A stretch of 64,000 nt of DNA from an uncultured Clostridia bacterium (GTDB taxonomy: Bacteria; Bacillota; Clostridia; Christensenellales; UBA1242), in assembly GCA_934746715.1 (NCBI GenBank), contig CAKVFI010000001.1:135653-199652 (forward strand). Direction: 5' to 3'. The stretch's first letter is position 1, and each line of letters begins with the position of its first letter. The notes below the pieces were generated by a model, which was not told where the DNA came from, did no database searches, and saw only the letters and a list, made by a program, of their open reading frames with translations. Made by a program: the position numbers and the translations under genes. This document shows, piece by piece, positions 9,403-19,100 of this stretch.

Positions 9403-10890
9403 TTATTCTTTAAACTTGATTTTTGACTTAAATGCATCTTTTAAACTGTCCTTAACATCTTGAGTGGACACATTTGTGTTATCATATTCCACTTCGATAT
9501 CTTTAATGCTTTCGTCAAACAAATTTACTAACTCCAATATTACATTAATTCTATCTTTATTGTCAATCATTTGATATGCACCCAAATCATTTGTGTGGAT
9601 AACAAGGCGATTTAACCTTTTTTCAACTTTAACAACGCTTAATAATGCATTGGAAAGTGCAAACAAATTGCGTTCCTTTGCCTTGATGAGCACATTGCCC
9701 CAAACTCTGTCAGTTTCGTTGGAACTAACTGCCGCTGGTTCAGCTTTTGGTTGAACTGCTTGCACCGGTTGTTGAGCATTTAAAACAGTAGGTTGAGCTG
9801 GTAAAACGGTTGGCGTAACAACCAAATCTAGGCAAGTTGATTCAAACAAATTTTCTGGATTAATACTATATTTCAAATCTAATTCAACATCTGCAAAACG
9901 GCTGAACGCTGTTTTTAAATAATTGATGTCAAACATTGCAGCAATGTCGCTGTATGATGCAAATTCACCCGGCAAGATATCCAAGACTGAATAATCTCCA
10001 ACACCAACTTTAATCATAATCAAATTTTTAACAAAATCTGCCATTTCCTTGCAAAGCACTTGAATGTTTTTGCCAGTGCCCAAAGCACGTTTGATTGAAA
10101 CAAACAATTTGTTGATATCCTTGTTTGCGATGCTCACTAATATATCTTTGATGTTATCCTTGCTGGACAATCCAATCACACTTTCCGCTTGAGCATAAGT
10201 TATTTCGTTGTTGCAATACGCTGCAACACTATCCGCAATTGAAAGCATATCACGCACGCTGCCTTCCCCTGCTTTTGCAATGAGATGCAAAGATTTTTCA
10301 TCACACTTAATGCCGCGTTTTTCAAACACATTTTTAAGATGTTCACTTAACAAATCAACTGGCAAAAGTTTAAAGTCAAAGCGCATGCAACGGCTTAAAA
10401 TTGTTGCTGGCAATTTGTGAATTTCGGTTGTTGCCAAAATGAATATAACATGTTTTGGTGGCTCTTCAAGTGTTTTAAGCAATGCATTAAATGCACTGTC
10501 GGTTAACATATGCACTTCGTCCACAATGTAAACTTTGTATTTGCCAATAAGTGGTGGATATGCAACTTTTTCACGCAAATCACGGATTTCTTCCACGCGG
10601 TTGTTTGATGCTGCGTCAATTTCAAAAATATCTGTGTTTGGCTGGCTTAACGCAACACACTCTGCGCACATATCGCAAGGATTTCCGTCAACACTGTGAG
10701 TGCAATTGACAGCACGAGCAAAAATTTTGGCTGTGCTTGTTTTGCCAGTGCCACGAGGCCCACAAAACAAATAAGCATGCGACAAATTGCCAGTTTTAAC
10801 CTGATTTTTTAATGTTTGAATAATATAATCTTGCCCAACAACATCATCAAAATTTTTTGGTCTAAATTCACGATACAATGCCAAACTCAT
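9403..10890 (-). CDS. dnaX: DNA polymerase III subunit gamma/tau
   Basis: Walker A GPRGTGKTS, zinc module CTHSVDGNPCDMCAEC, DEVHML, SRC motif ILSRC. Confidence 0.93.
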   Translation of the reverse strand: MSLALYREFRPKNFDDVVGQDYIIQTLKNQVKTGNLSHAYLFCGPRGTGKTSTAKIFARAVNCTHSVDGNPCDMCAECVALSQPNTDIFEIDAASNNRVEEIRDLREKVAYPPLIGKYKVYIVDEVHMLTDSAFNALLKTLEEPPKHVIFILATTEIHKLPATILSRCMRFDFKLLPVDLLSEHLKNVFEKRGIKCDEKSLHLIAKAGEGSVRDMLSIADSVAAYCNNEITYAQAESVIGLSSKDNIKDILVSIANKDINKLFVSIKRALGTGKNIQVLCKEMADFVKNLIMIKVGVGDYSVLDILPGEFASYSDIAAMFDINYLKTAFSRFADVELDLKYSINPENLFESTCLDLVVTPTVLPAQPTVLNAQQPVQAVQPKAEPAAVSSNETDRVWGNVLIKAKERNLFALSNALLSVVKVEKRLNRLVIHTNDLGAYQMIDNKDRINVILELVNLFDESIKDIEVEYDNTNVSTQDVKDSLKDAFKSKIKFKE

Positions 10891-11483
10891 TAAATTTCTC
10901 CTTTAAGTGATTTTAATATCTTTTTTATTGCTTGCAAATTGTTGTCAATTTGCTTGGTTGAAACATTCATTGCTTCTGCCATTTCAACATAACTTTTACC
11001 ATTTAAAAACATCTTTAAAAGTTTAAATTGCTCATCTGTTAAAAGTGACTTAACCTTGCTCATAACCACAACATTAAGTTCTTTGTTGATATAATTTTGC
11101 TCGATATCACTATCATCATCAGCAAGCACAAGTTTTATGTTTTCTTCATCATCATCTCTATCATCAAACTGGCTGATTGAAACATAACTATTGAGTGGTG
11201 AATTTTTTTTGCGATTGGCGTTTTTGATTGCTGTTTGAATTTGACGCTCTATGCAAAGCGTTGCAAACGAACCAAAATTGTGGTTTTTTTGTGGATTGTA
11301 AACATAAACTGCTTTAAACAAACCAATCATGCCTTCTTGAATAATATCATCAAGCCCAGCACCAACCAAAAAGTATTCACGAGATATTGCCGTAACCTTG
11401 GCACGAAAAAGGTTGACGATGCTTTCCATTGCATTTTCATCGCCTTGTTGTGCTTTTAAAATCAAATCATCAACTTCCAACAA
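10890..11483 (-). CDS. sigH: Sigma-70 family factor, SigH (Spo0H)-like
   Basis: EYFLVGAGLDDIIQEGMIGLFKAVYVY...FATLCIERQIQTAIKNANRKKNSPLNSY closely parallels Bacillus SigH. Sits after mrnC-rlmB as in Bacillus. The start codon (TTG) is uncertain. Confidence 0.8.
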   Translation of the reverse strand: MLEVDDLILKAQQGDENAMESIVNLFRAKVTAISREYFLVGAGLDDIIQEGMIGLFKAVYVYNPQKNHNFGSFATLCIERQIQTAIKNANRKKNSPLNSYVSISQFDDRDDDEENIKLVLADDDSDIEQNYINKELNVVVMSKVKSLLTDEQFKLLKMFLNGKSYVEMAEAMNVSTKQIDNNLQAIKKILKSLKGEI

Positions 11484-11488
11484 AAACC

Positions 11489-12211
11489 TTATTCCCCGCG
11501 GCGTTGCCTTACAACTTCATATATTGCAATTGCACCTGCACATGACGCATTTAAACTGTTAACCAAACCATACATATCAAGTGAAAGCACTTCATCTGCA
11601 GTTTCTTTAACCAAACGTGACACACCTTTGCCTTCACTGCCAATGATAAGTGCGGTTGGATATTTAAAATCTGCATCATAAATACGTTTGCTGCCTGCTT
11701 CCAATGCGTAAGTCCAAACACCTTGCTCTTTTAAATATTCAATTGTGCGTGTTAAATTTTTAACCAACGCAACTTTGATATGGCTAACCGCACCCACACT
11801 GGTTTTGTAAACAGTTTCATTAACCAAACAAGCGCGATTTTCTGGAATAATCACTCCATCAACGCCAGCACATTCACAAGTTCTAATAATTGCGCCAACA
11901 TTATGTGGATCAACAATGCTGTCCAAAATAACAATAAATGGTGCTTTGCCCTTTTCCTTTGCAACATCCAAAATATCGTCTACATCGGCATATTTAAAGT
12001 TTGGCACATACGCCAAAACACCTTGGGTTTTGCCTTTGTTGATTTTTTCAAGCAATTCCTTGTCCACAATTTCAACCGGAATGTTTAACTTGCGTGCAGC
12101 ATCCACAATATTGTTAACTTCAAAATTGTTGCACTTTTCCGCCAAAATTTTATCTATATGTGAGCGAGAACTAATCAATTCTCTAACAACATTAATACCT
12201 TCTACTATCAT
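11489..12211 (-). CDS. rlmB: 23S rRNA 2-prime-O-methyltransferase, SpoU/TrmH family (RlmB/YacO-like)
   Basis: SpoU motifs DSIVDPHNVGAIIRTCECAG, LIIGSEGKGVS, SLNASCAGAIAIYE. Confidence 0.85.
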   Translation of the reverse strand: MIVEGINVVRELISSRSHIDKILAEKCNNFEVNNIVDAARKLNIPVEIVDKELLEKINKGKTQGVLAYVPNFKYADVDDILDVAKEKGKAPFIVILDSIVDPHNVGAIIRTCECAGVDGVIIPENRACLVNETVYKTSVGAVSHIKVALVKNLTRTIEYLKEQGVWTYALEAGSKRIYDADFKYPTALIIGSEGKGVSRLVKETADEVLSLDMYGLVNSLNASCAGAIAIYEVVRQRRGE

Positions 12212-12597
12212 AACTTTTGCTCCACAAACCTTTTAAACATACTTTTTAATTTTTTTTGCTCATTTTTCAAATGCCAAAATCCAACAAGAGCTTCAAATTG
12301 GGTTGCCAAACTATACTCTTCGTAACTAGAATTTTTTGCTTTGTTGTTTGGATGTGCATTTCTTGCACGCATGGCAATTTCTGTTTCTTCTTCCGTCAAC
12401 TCTGGTTTGATATCTTGCATAATCAGCGCTTGGTTTTTTGCACAAACAATTTTGTTGGCAATTTTGTTTAATCCGTTTGCCTTATATTCTGTGCTTTTAA
12501 CCAAAAACTCTCTCACCATAAGTGAAAACACTGCATCACCAAGATACGCCAAAGTTAAAGCATTTTTTTGAAAAATATCTTTTTCTTCACTTTGCAT
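12208..12597 (-). CDS. mrnC: Mini-ribonuclease 3
   Basis: LAYLGDAVFSLMVREFL and ATQFEALVGF RNase III-like signature; 4-nt overlap with rlmB. Confidence 0.85.
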   Translation of the reverse strand: MQSEEKDIFQKNALTLAYLGDAVFSLMVREFLVKSTEYKANGLNKIANKIVCAKNQALIMQDIKPELTEEETEIAMRARNAHPNNKAKNSSYEEYSLATQFEALVGFWHLKNEQKKLKSMFKRFVEQKL

Positions 12598-12603
12598 AAG
12601 TTT

Positions 12604-12632
12604 ATAATAACATAATTAACCAATTTTGTAAA
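12604..12632 (-). promoter_or_regulatory. Promoter abutting the mrnC ATG (candidate leaderless start)
   Basis: On the minus strand: TTTACA, 17 nt, TATTAT, 6 nt (AAACTT), then ATG at 12597. No SD. Confidence 0.5.
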
Positions 12633-12929
12633 GAAAGTGCAAAAAAATAATTTTATTTTAAAACATTGATAAATGCGTTAATAAATCAATATTGGTTTGC
12701 GCCACTTAGCGACAAAGAAAACGGTTTCAAACTATTAAGTTTTCCGCTTGTATTAAAAGCCTATAAAAAAACAAATTTATTTAAACACCAAAAAATGTCG
12801 AAAATTCTTTGACAAATGAGCAAAAATACTTTACTATTATTATAATAAAAGTGAATTTTTGTTTTGATTGCATGTTTTTTTACAGCAAACTGCAAGGCTA
12901 AACATTTTATTTTGGGGAGAATTTTGTTT

Positions 12930-13451
12930 ATGGAATTCATTAAAAAAATGAAGAAACGTGAATTTATTGAAATGGGGCTTAAAACTCTAATTGCATTTTT
13001 TGCTTGCTTTATTGCTGTTGTTTTGATGTGTGGAATGATTTACTCTATCGGCATCAAATCTTATATGAAATATGGCAAAGGCTCAATTTCAACATCAACT
13101 GAAACAACTGCTTACTGCATCAAAGTTAAAGAAGACCAATATTTTGTTTTGTACTACAATCCAAACAGTGAAGGTTCAAAATTAACTGCAAACGCAATAA
13201 CAGATTCCAACTTAAAAACAAAACAACAATGTGAAGAACTTACAAGTGTTAAAGACACTGTGTTTGGCGCTCCAAAAGCATCAATCATTTTGGACGAATT
13301 TGTTGAAGGTTGGCACATTGCAATTGTTGCAGTTATTGTTGCAGGCGTTATGGGTTACTTTGTTTACAGGTTTATTAAACTTGCCAACGATTACAAAAAA
13401 GTTGAAGACAAGTTTGAAAAAACTGGCGTAATTGAAATTGAAAACGTTTAA
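12930..13451 (+). CDS. Hypothetical two-TM membrane protein
   Basis: The start is moved to ATG 12930 (MEFIKKMKK) behind GGGGAG. One N-terminal and one C-terminal hydrophobic helix. Confidence 0.5.
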   Translation: MEFIKKMKKREFIEMGLKTLIAFFACFIAVVLMCGMIYSIGIKSYMKYGKGSISTSTETTAYCIKVKEDQYFVLYYNPNSEGSKLTANAITDSNLKTKQQCEELTSVKDTVFGAPKASIILDEFVEGWHIAIVAVIVAGVMGYFVYRFIKLANDYKKVEDKFEKTGVIEIENV

Positions 13452-13452
13452 C

Positions 13453-13481
13453 AAAAAAGGCATTATCAAATGCCTTTTTTT
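13453..13481. terminator. Bidirectional intrinsic terminator
   Basis: AAAAAAGGCAT-tatca-ATGCCTTTTTT between convergent ORFs. Confidence 0.65.
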
Positions 13482-13693
13482 GTGCGATTATCTTCAATTT
13501 TTACATTAACTTGATTGATTAATGGAATGTAATCTTCCCACATATATTCTCGAATTGGTATTGGTTTGCTAACATCAAAATACAAAACCATTGCAGGATA
13601 AATATGATGATATTTTTCAAAGATGGTAACAGCAATTAAATGATTTGTTTTGATTAAATTTTTTGCTTTTGCGTGGTAATTAAAATATGCCAT
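13466..13693 (-). CDS. Hypothetical 75-aa protein
   Basis: ORF only; I recognise no motif. No SD. Its first 17 nt and its upstream region are part of the 81-bp tandem repeat. Confidence 0.4.
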   Translation of the reverse strand: MAYFNYHAKAKNLIKTNHLIAVTIFEKYHHIYPAMVLYFDVSKPIPIREYMWEDYIPLINQVNVKIEDNRTKKGI

Positions 13694-13953
13694 AATTTAT
13701 TATGAGCATTATTATTTTAATTACTCTCACTCTTCTTCGTACATCTTTCATATGAGCTAATTAAAATATGCCATAATTTATTATGAGCATTATTATTTTA
13801 ATTACTCTCACTCTTCTTCGTACATCTTTCATATGAGCTAATTAAAATATGCCATAATTTATTATGAGCATTATTATTTTAATTACTCTCACTCTTCTTC
13901 GCACATCTTTCATATGAGCTAATTAAAATATGCCATAATTTATTATGAGCATT
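13678..13953. repeat. 81-bp tandem repeat, 3 full copies plus a 33-nt partial copy
   Basis: Unit starts at 13678, 13759, 13840 and 13921 (AATTAAAATATGCCATAATTTATTATGAGC...). The full copies are identical except for one T-to-C change at 13902. Confidence 0.95.
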
Positions 13954-14078
13954 TTTATTACACAAAATTTATAAGCCAAAACTGGGATTATGTGCGTTAA
14001 AATATTCATAAATTTTTGCAACAACTTTTGTTTATGTTTTGCATAAATTTTATGTATGATTAACTAGCCAAATTAATG

Positions 14079-14107
14079 TTGACTTTTGATTTTGCAAGTT
14101 TTATCAT
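14079..14107 (+). promoter_or_regulatory. Promoter abutting the folD ATG (candidate leaderless start)
   Basis: TTGACT (14079-14084), 17 nt, TATCAT (14102-14107), 6 nt (ATCGAT), then ATG at 14114. No SD. Confidence 0.5.
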
Positions 14108-14113
14108 ATCGAT

Positions 14114-14980
14114 ATGGAAATAATAAATGGAAAAGAAGTGGCATCAATAATAAAAAAGATGATTGCCCAAAAAGTTGAAAAAAATTATATTAAATTAGGC
14201 AAGCCTGTGCCAACTTTGGCATGCGTTTTGGTTGGCGATGACCCAGCCAGCAAAGTTTATGTTGCAAACAAAGAAAAAGCCTGCAATTTTGTTGGTTTTA
14301 ATTCTGTAATCAAAACTTTGCCAGCAGATGCAACACAAGAGCAAGTTGCCAAAGTTATAACTTTGCTTAACAATGACAGCAACATTTCTGGCATATTGCT
14401 GCAACTGCCATTGCCAAAGCATTTGGACGAAAATGCACTTGTAAACTTGATTTCTCCGCAAAAAGATGTGGATAGTTTGACCGACCTTAATTTGGGCAAA
14501 TTGTTTGCAGGCAAGCATATTGTTGCACCATGCACAGCAACAGGAATTGTTGATTTGTTGGATAATTACAACATTCCTATTCAAGGCAAACGCGTGGTTG
14601 TTGTTGGCAGAAGTTTGTTGGTTGGCAAATCTGTTGCAAATTTGTTGGAGCAACGCAATGCAACCGTTACTGTTTGCCACAGCAAAACCCAAGATTTGGC
14701 AAGCGTTACAAAGCAAGCTGACATTTTGATTGTTGCAATTGGCAAACCAAATTTTGTAACAGAAGACATGGTTAAACAAGATGCTGTTGTGATTGATGTT
14801 GGCATAAATCGTTTGCAAACTGGACTTGTTGGCGATGTTGATTTTGATGATGTTAAAGATAAAACATCTTACATCACTCCTGTTCCCGGCGGCGTTGGCC
14901 CAATGACTATAGCAGAACTGATGAAGAACACCCTCACTTTGCATGAGTTAAGTGAAAGCGAAAATGAAAACACAATTTAA
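14114..14980 (+). CDS. folD: Bifunctional methylenetetrahydrofolate dehydrogenase/cyclohydrolase
   Basis: VGDDPASKVYVANKEKA, GILLQLPLP, VVVVGRSLLVGKSVANLL, PVPGGVGPMT. Confidence 0.95.
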   Translation: MEIINGKEVASIIKKMIAQKVEKNYIKLGKPVPTLACVLVGDDPASKVYVANKEKACNFVGFNSVIKTLPADATQEQVAKVITLLNNDSNISGILLQLPLPKHLDENALVNLISPQKDVDSLTDLNLGKLFAGKHIVAPCTATGIVDLLDNYNIPIQGKRVVVVGRSLLVGKSVANLLEQRNATVTVCHSKTQDLASVTKQADILIVAIGKPNFVTEDMVKQDAVVIDVGINRLQTGLVGDVDFDDVKDKTSYITPVPGGVGPMTIAELMKNTLTLHELSESENENTI

Positions 14981-14981
14981 C

Positions 14982-15012
14982 AAAAAAACCACACAATTGT
15001 GTGGATTTTTTT
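14982..15012 (+). terminator. Intrinsic terminator after folD
   Basis: Palindrome CCACACAATTGTGTGG (14989-15004) followed by a T-run. Confidence 0.65.
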
Positions 15013-15053
15013 ATTGCTTTAAACAAAACATATTTTGGTTAAAAATTGTTTTA

Positions 15054-16064
15054 TTATTTTTGCTTTTTTGTATGCTTGCATTCATAATTATAACTGGTTT
15101 TGCACATATCTTCAAGATTGCGTGTTGCTTGCCAATTTAATTCCTTTTTAGCCTTATCTGCACACGCATAGCACTCTGCAATATCGCCTGCCCTGCGTGG
15201 AGCAAACTCATATTTAACTTTGCCACCACAAACCTTGTTGTAAGCATTGACCATTTCAAGCACAGAAACACCATTGCCTGTGCCCAAATTGATGATTTCA
15301 TAACCTTTCATTTTGCCAAACATTTTAAGTGCAGCAACATGCCCCAATGCCAAATCGCAAACATGGATATAATCACGAACACCAGTTTTGTCTGGCGTTG
15401 GATAATCATGACCAAAAATTGAAAGTTTGTCAAGTTTGCCAACCGCAACACGAGCTATAAATGGCATCAAATTGTTTGGTCTGCCGTTTGGATCTTCACC
15501 AATCAAACCTGATGAGTGCGCCCCAACTGGATTGAAATAACGCAAAATCACGGCTTTAAAATTTGGATAAGCGCGGCAAGTATCTTTAATGATTTCTTCA
15601 ATAAACAATTTTGTTCTTCCATATGGATTTGTTGCTCCTGTTGGCATATCTTCTGTGAAAGGCACTTTGTTGTTTTCGCCATACACGGTTGCAGAAGAAC
15701 TAAAAATCAAATTGTTAACATTATATTTAAGCATACACTCAATTAAATTAAGTGTGCAAATAAGATTGTTTTGATAATATTTAACTGGAATTGCAACAGA
15801 TTCCCCAACTGCTTTTAATCCAGCAAAATGGATAACTGCATCAATTTTGTGGTTTTCAAAAAATGCCATCAATTTGTTTTTGTTGCACAAATCAAAAACA
15901 CACAATTCAATTTTTTTGCCAGTAATCTTTTCAATGGCTGTTTTAACCGAACGTTTGCTGTTGCTCAAATTGTCAATCACAACAACTTCATGTCCCTTAT
16001 TCAACAATTCAACTGCTGTGTGTGAGCCAATGTAACCCAAGCCACCTGTTAATAAAATATTCAT
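15054..16064 (-). CDS. galE: UDP-glucose 4-epimerase
   Basis: Start at ATG 16064 (MNILLTGGLGYIGSH) behind AGGGGG. SSSATVYG, YGRTK catalytic YxxxK. Confidence 0.93.
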   Translation of the reverse strand: MNILLTGGLGYIGSHTAVELLNKGHEVVVIDNLSNSKRSVKTAIEKITGKKIELCVFDLCNKNKLMAFFENHKIDAVIHFAGLKAVGESVAIPVKYYQNNLICTLNLIECMLKYNVNNLIFSSSATVYGENNKVPFTEDMPTGATNPYGRTKLFIEEIIKDTCRAYPNFKAVILRYFNPVGAHSSGLIGEDPNGRPNNLMPFIARVAVGKLDKLSIFGHDYPTPDKTGVRDYIHVCDLALGHVAALKMFGKMKGYEIINLGTGNGVSVLEMVNAYNKVCGGKVKYEFAPRRAGDIAECYACADKAKKELNWQATRNLEDMCKTSYNYECKHTKKQK

Positions 16065-16143
16065 AAACACCCCCTAAACTTTTAAAATAATTATATCATG
16101 TCGATTTTAAAATTGTTATCAAATAACAAAGATTTGCAAAATT

Positions 16144-19100
16144 TTAAATCAACTCTCCAGTGTTGATTGAATATATGTACATATGCTCAACCTTTTTGCC
16201 GTAAGCATTTTCAACTGCCAACTTATATAATCTCAATTGTTCGGCATATTTTTGTTTTAACACGTCTGCTTTTAAATTTGAAAATTTGTAGTCAACAATG
16301 TCAAAATGGTCTTCAAACTCAATTAGCATGTCAAGCACACCTTGCACAAGCACTTTTTCGTTTACCTTGCTTTCCGCCACCAAATCATTGTACGGCAAAT
16401 ACATCATAAAATCGGTTTCTTTATGGATTGATTTTGCACCTTTTGCCAACACAGACAATTTGCTGTGTGCCATTTTTATTTTTTGATAATCAACATCGTC
16501 AAAATTTGTGTTTTGTTGATACTCTTGCGTTAAATCAAGCAATTCAAGTGCCTTGTGATAGTGCGTGCCAACAATGGCTTTGTCTTCATTAACTTGATAT
16601 TGAACTTGTGGCGTTAAATATGCTTTTGTGCTGAATTTTTGTGCTTCACTTTGTTTTGAGTTTATGCCAGTTACTGTGTTTTTGATTGGAATAGCAAAAC
16701 TATCATTTGAGTAAACAAAATCTGGATTTTTAAAGTCAATTTCCGGCACAACTTCAGTTGAACTAACCGTGTTGTTTTTTACATCATCAAAAAAGATAAA
16801 TTCGCACAAATCAAAATCTGTTTTGCCCGCAACGATTGCCGACTGATAACAAGACAAAATCATGTTTAGGTAACTGGTTTTTTTAAGTTTTTCTTCCAAC
16901 TGCTTTGGCGAATATTGCCCAGTTATAATGAGTTTGTTTTTTGCCCTTGTTAATGCAACATACAAAAGGCGCAATTCTTCTTTATACCCTTTGCTTGCGT
17001 TTGCAATTTTGATTGCATACTTTGGCAAACTTAAGCTTTTTGTGCGGTTGATTGTGTCGTAATCATTTATGCCCAAACCTATGTTTGCGTTAAACGTGAT
17101 GTCATCATGCTCGCGTAGATATGAAAATGTTTTGCTTGCGTTGTACAAAATCACAACAGGATATTCAAGCCCTTTGCTTTTGTGGATAGTTTCAAAAGTT
17201 ACGCTATCTTCTTTGTCCATATCCAAATAGTCATTGCCACGGCTGATGTTTGTTTCAATGACCGCAACAAACTCTGCCAAACTTAATGAATTTTCAACAG
17301 TGAGAGATGCAATAAATTGCTCAATCAACTTTAACTCTTTATTTCCAAATAGTGTTGCAAGCAAATAGTTTTTAACACCCATATCGTTTAAAATATATCT
17401 CACCAAATTTGAATTGGAACTTGCCAAAGATTGAAGTTTAATTTTGTTCAATTTTTCAAACCCCAAAGCAATATTTTTGTTTTGAGTGTTTAAAAGCAAA
17501 TCATCAAGCAAACTATTTTCTGAGCTGCGCAAAGCCAAAATTTCATCAAATTGCAAATCAGTTAGTGCCAAAAACGCCGCCAAATAATCCACATCATCCG
17601 CTGTGTGTGCAACGCATTTTAAAATTGAAAGCAGCAATTTTACGCCTTCGCTTGTTGAAGTTTCAAGTTTGTTGTTCAAATTAACTGGCACTGCATTTTG
17701 CCTTAACATTTCAATCAAAATTTGAGAGTTTTCATCATTTGTGGAGCGTGTTAAAATTGCGATATCACTGTATGTTAAACGGCGGTTTTGTTTTAAATTT
17801 GCATCGTAAAATTCCGTGCCAATCAACTCTGTTATGGTTTTTAACACCAATGCAGCTTGATAAACTTTTGGGTTGTTTTCTTCCGTTTGTTTATCGTTTT
17901 TAACGCTATATAAGCCAGTTGCAACAACCTTTTCGTTTTCATTTGCAACAAGCAATATTTTTGTTTTTTCGTCCAGAATATCATCACGACGAGGCTCAAT
18001 AACAGAACTCTGCTTGTAATCTATATCTGCTGTGTGGGTTGTCATCAACGAACAAAATATTTCGTTGATAAATTTTAATATTGTTGGATTGCTGCGGTAA
18101 TTGATGTTCATGTCAAACGCTGTGCCAATTGCTTGGTTTTGTTTAAAGCCGTTGTACTTTGACAAAAACCATTCTGGGCTTGAGCCACGGAAACCATAAA
18201 TTGATTGCTTTACATCACCAACAGTGAACACTTTTGTGTCCTTGCCTGCAATTTGCTCCATGATGTTATCTTGCAATGGATTAACATCTTGATACTCATC
18301 AATAAAAATGTATTTATACCTTTGATTTAATTCATTTTTTACGCGGTCAATAGACAACAACTCCAACATTTTGCGCGACATATCGTTAAAGTCCATAAGG
18401 TTGTTTTTTGTTTTGATTTTTTCATAGTTTTGCATAAACAATTCCAGCAAATCCAAAACATAAGAAAAATATTCTGCAATTCGCTCGCTTTGCAAGTCGT
18501 AATCTTTAGTTATGCCGTTTTCTTCCAACTGGTTGATTGTTTCGTTAAACGATTTTATTTCACTGTTTAAATTTTTAAGTTCTGCAAATTCTTTGGTTTG
18601 TTTTGGTGTAAACGCACACAAATCTATTGTTTCCAACGCTATCAAATTTGCTTTTAGCCCCAAAAAGTTGTTGATTTTTTTTAGTTCATCAATGTTTGAT
18701 TGGATGCGTTGTTGAATATCTGCTGGATAAAATGAATAATTGTCTTGCAACAATTTGGTTAAATCTTGCGCTTTTTTGATTAAAAATTGATTTACAATTT
18801 GCGTGCTTTTTTCGTTTGTCAAATATTCATTTTTTGCGTCCAACAAAAACGCAACATAATCTTCCAAATTGATTATATCGTTATACATATCAACAATTTG
18901 TTGTTCCAAAGTGGTTAAATTGCGTGCATTGCCGCCAAAAAGGTCAAGCAAAACATTGATTTTGTTTTTGTCCGCGCTCAATGTTTCAACTGCGCGTTTC
19001 ATTGCTTTGTTGATGTAATAATCGCGAGTTGTGTCTGAAATAATTTCAATATTAGGGTTCAAGTTTAATTCATAAAAATATTTTTTTATGGTTTTTGAGT

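Noticed and set aside
13678-13953. The possibility that the 81-bp and 44-bp (36511-36664) arrays are CRISPR arrays.
   Set aside because: The units are directly abutting with no unique spacers, no cas genes are in the window, and the unit lengths and structures do not fit CRISPR repeats.
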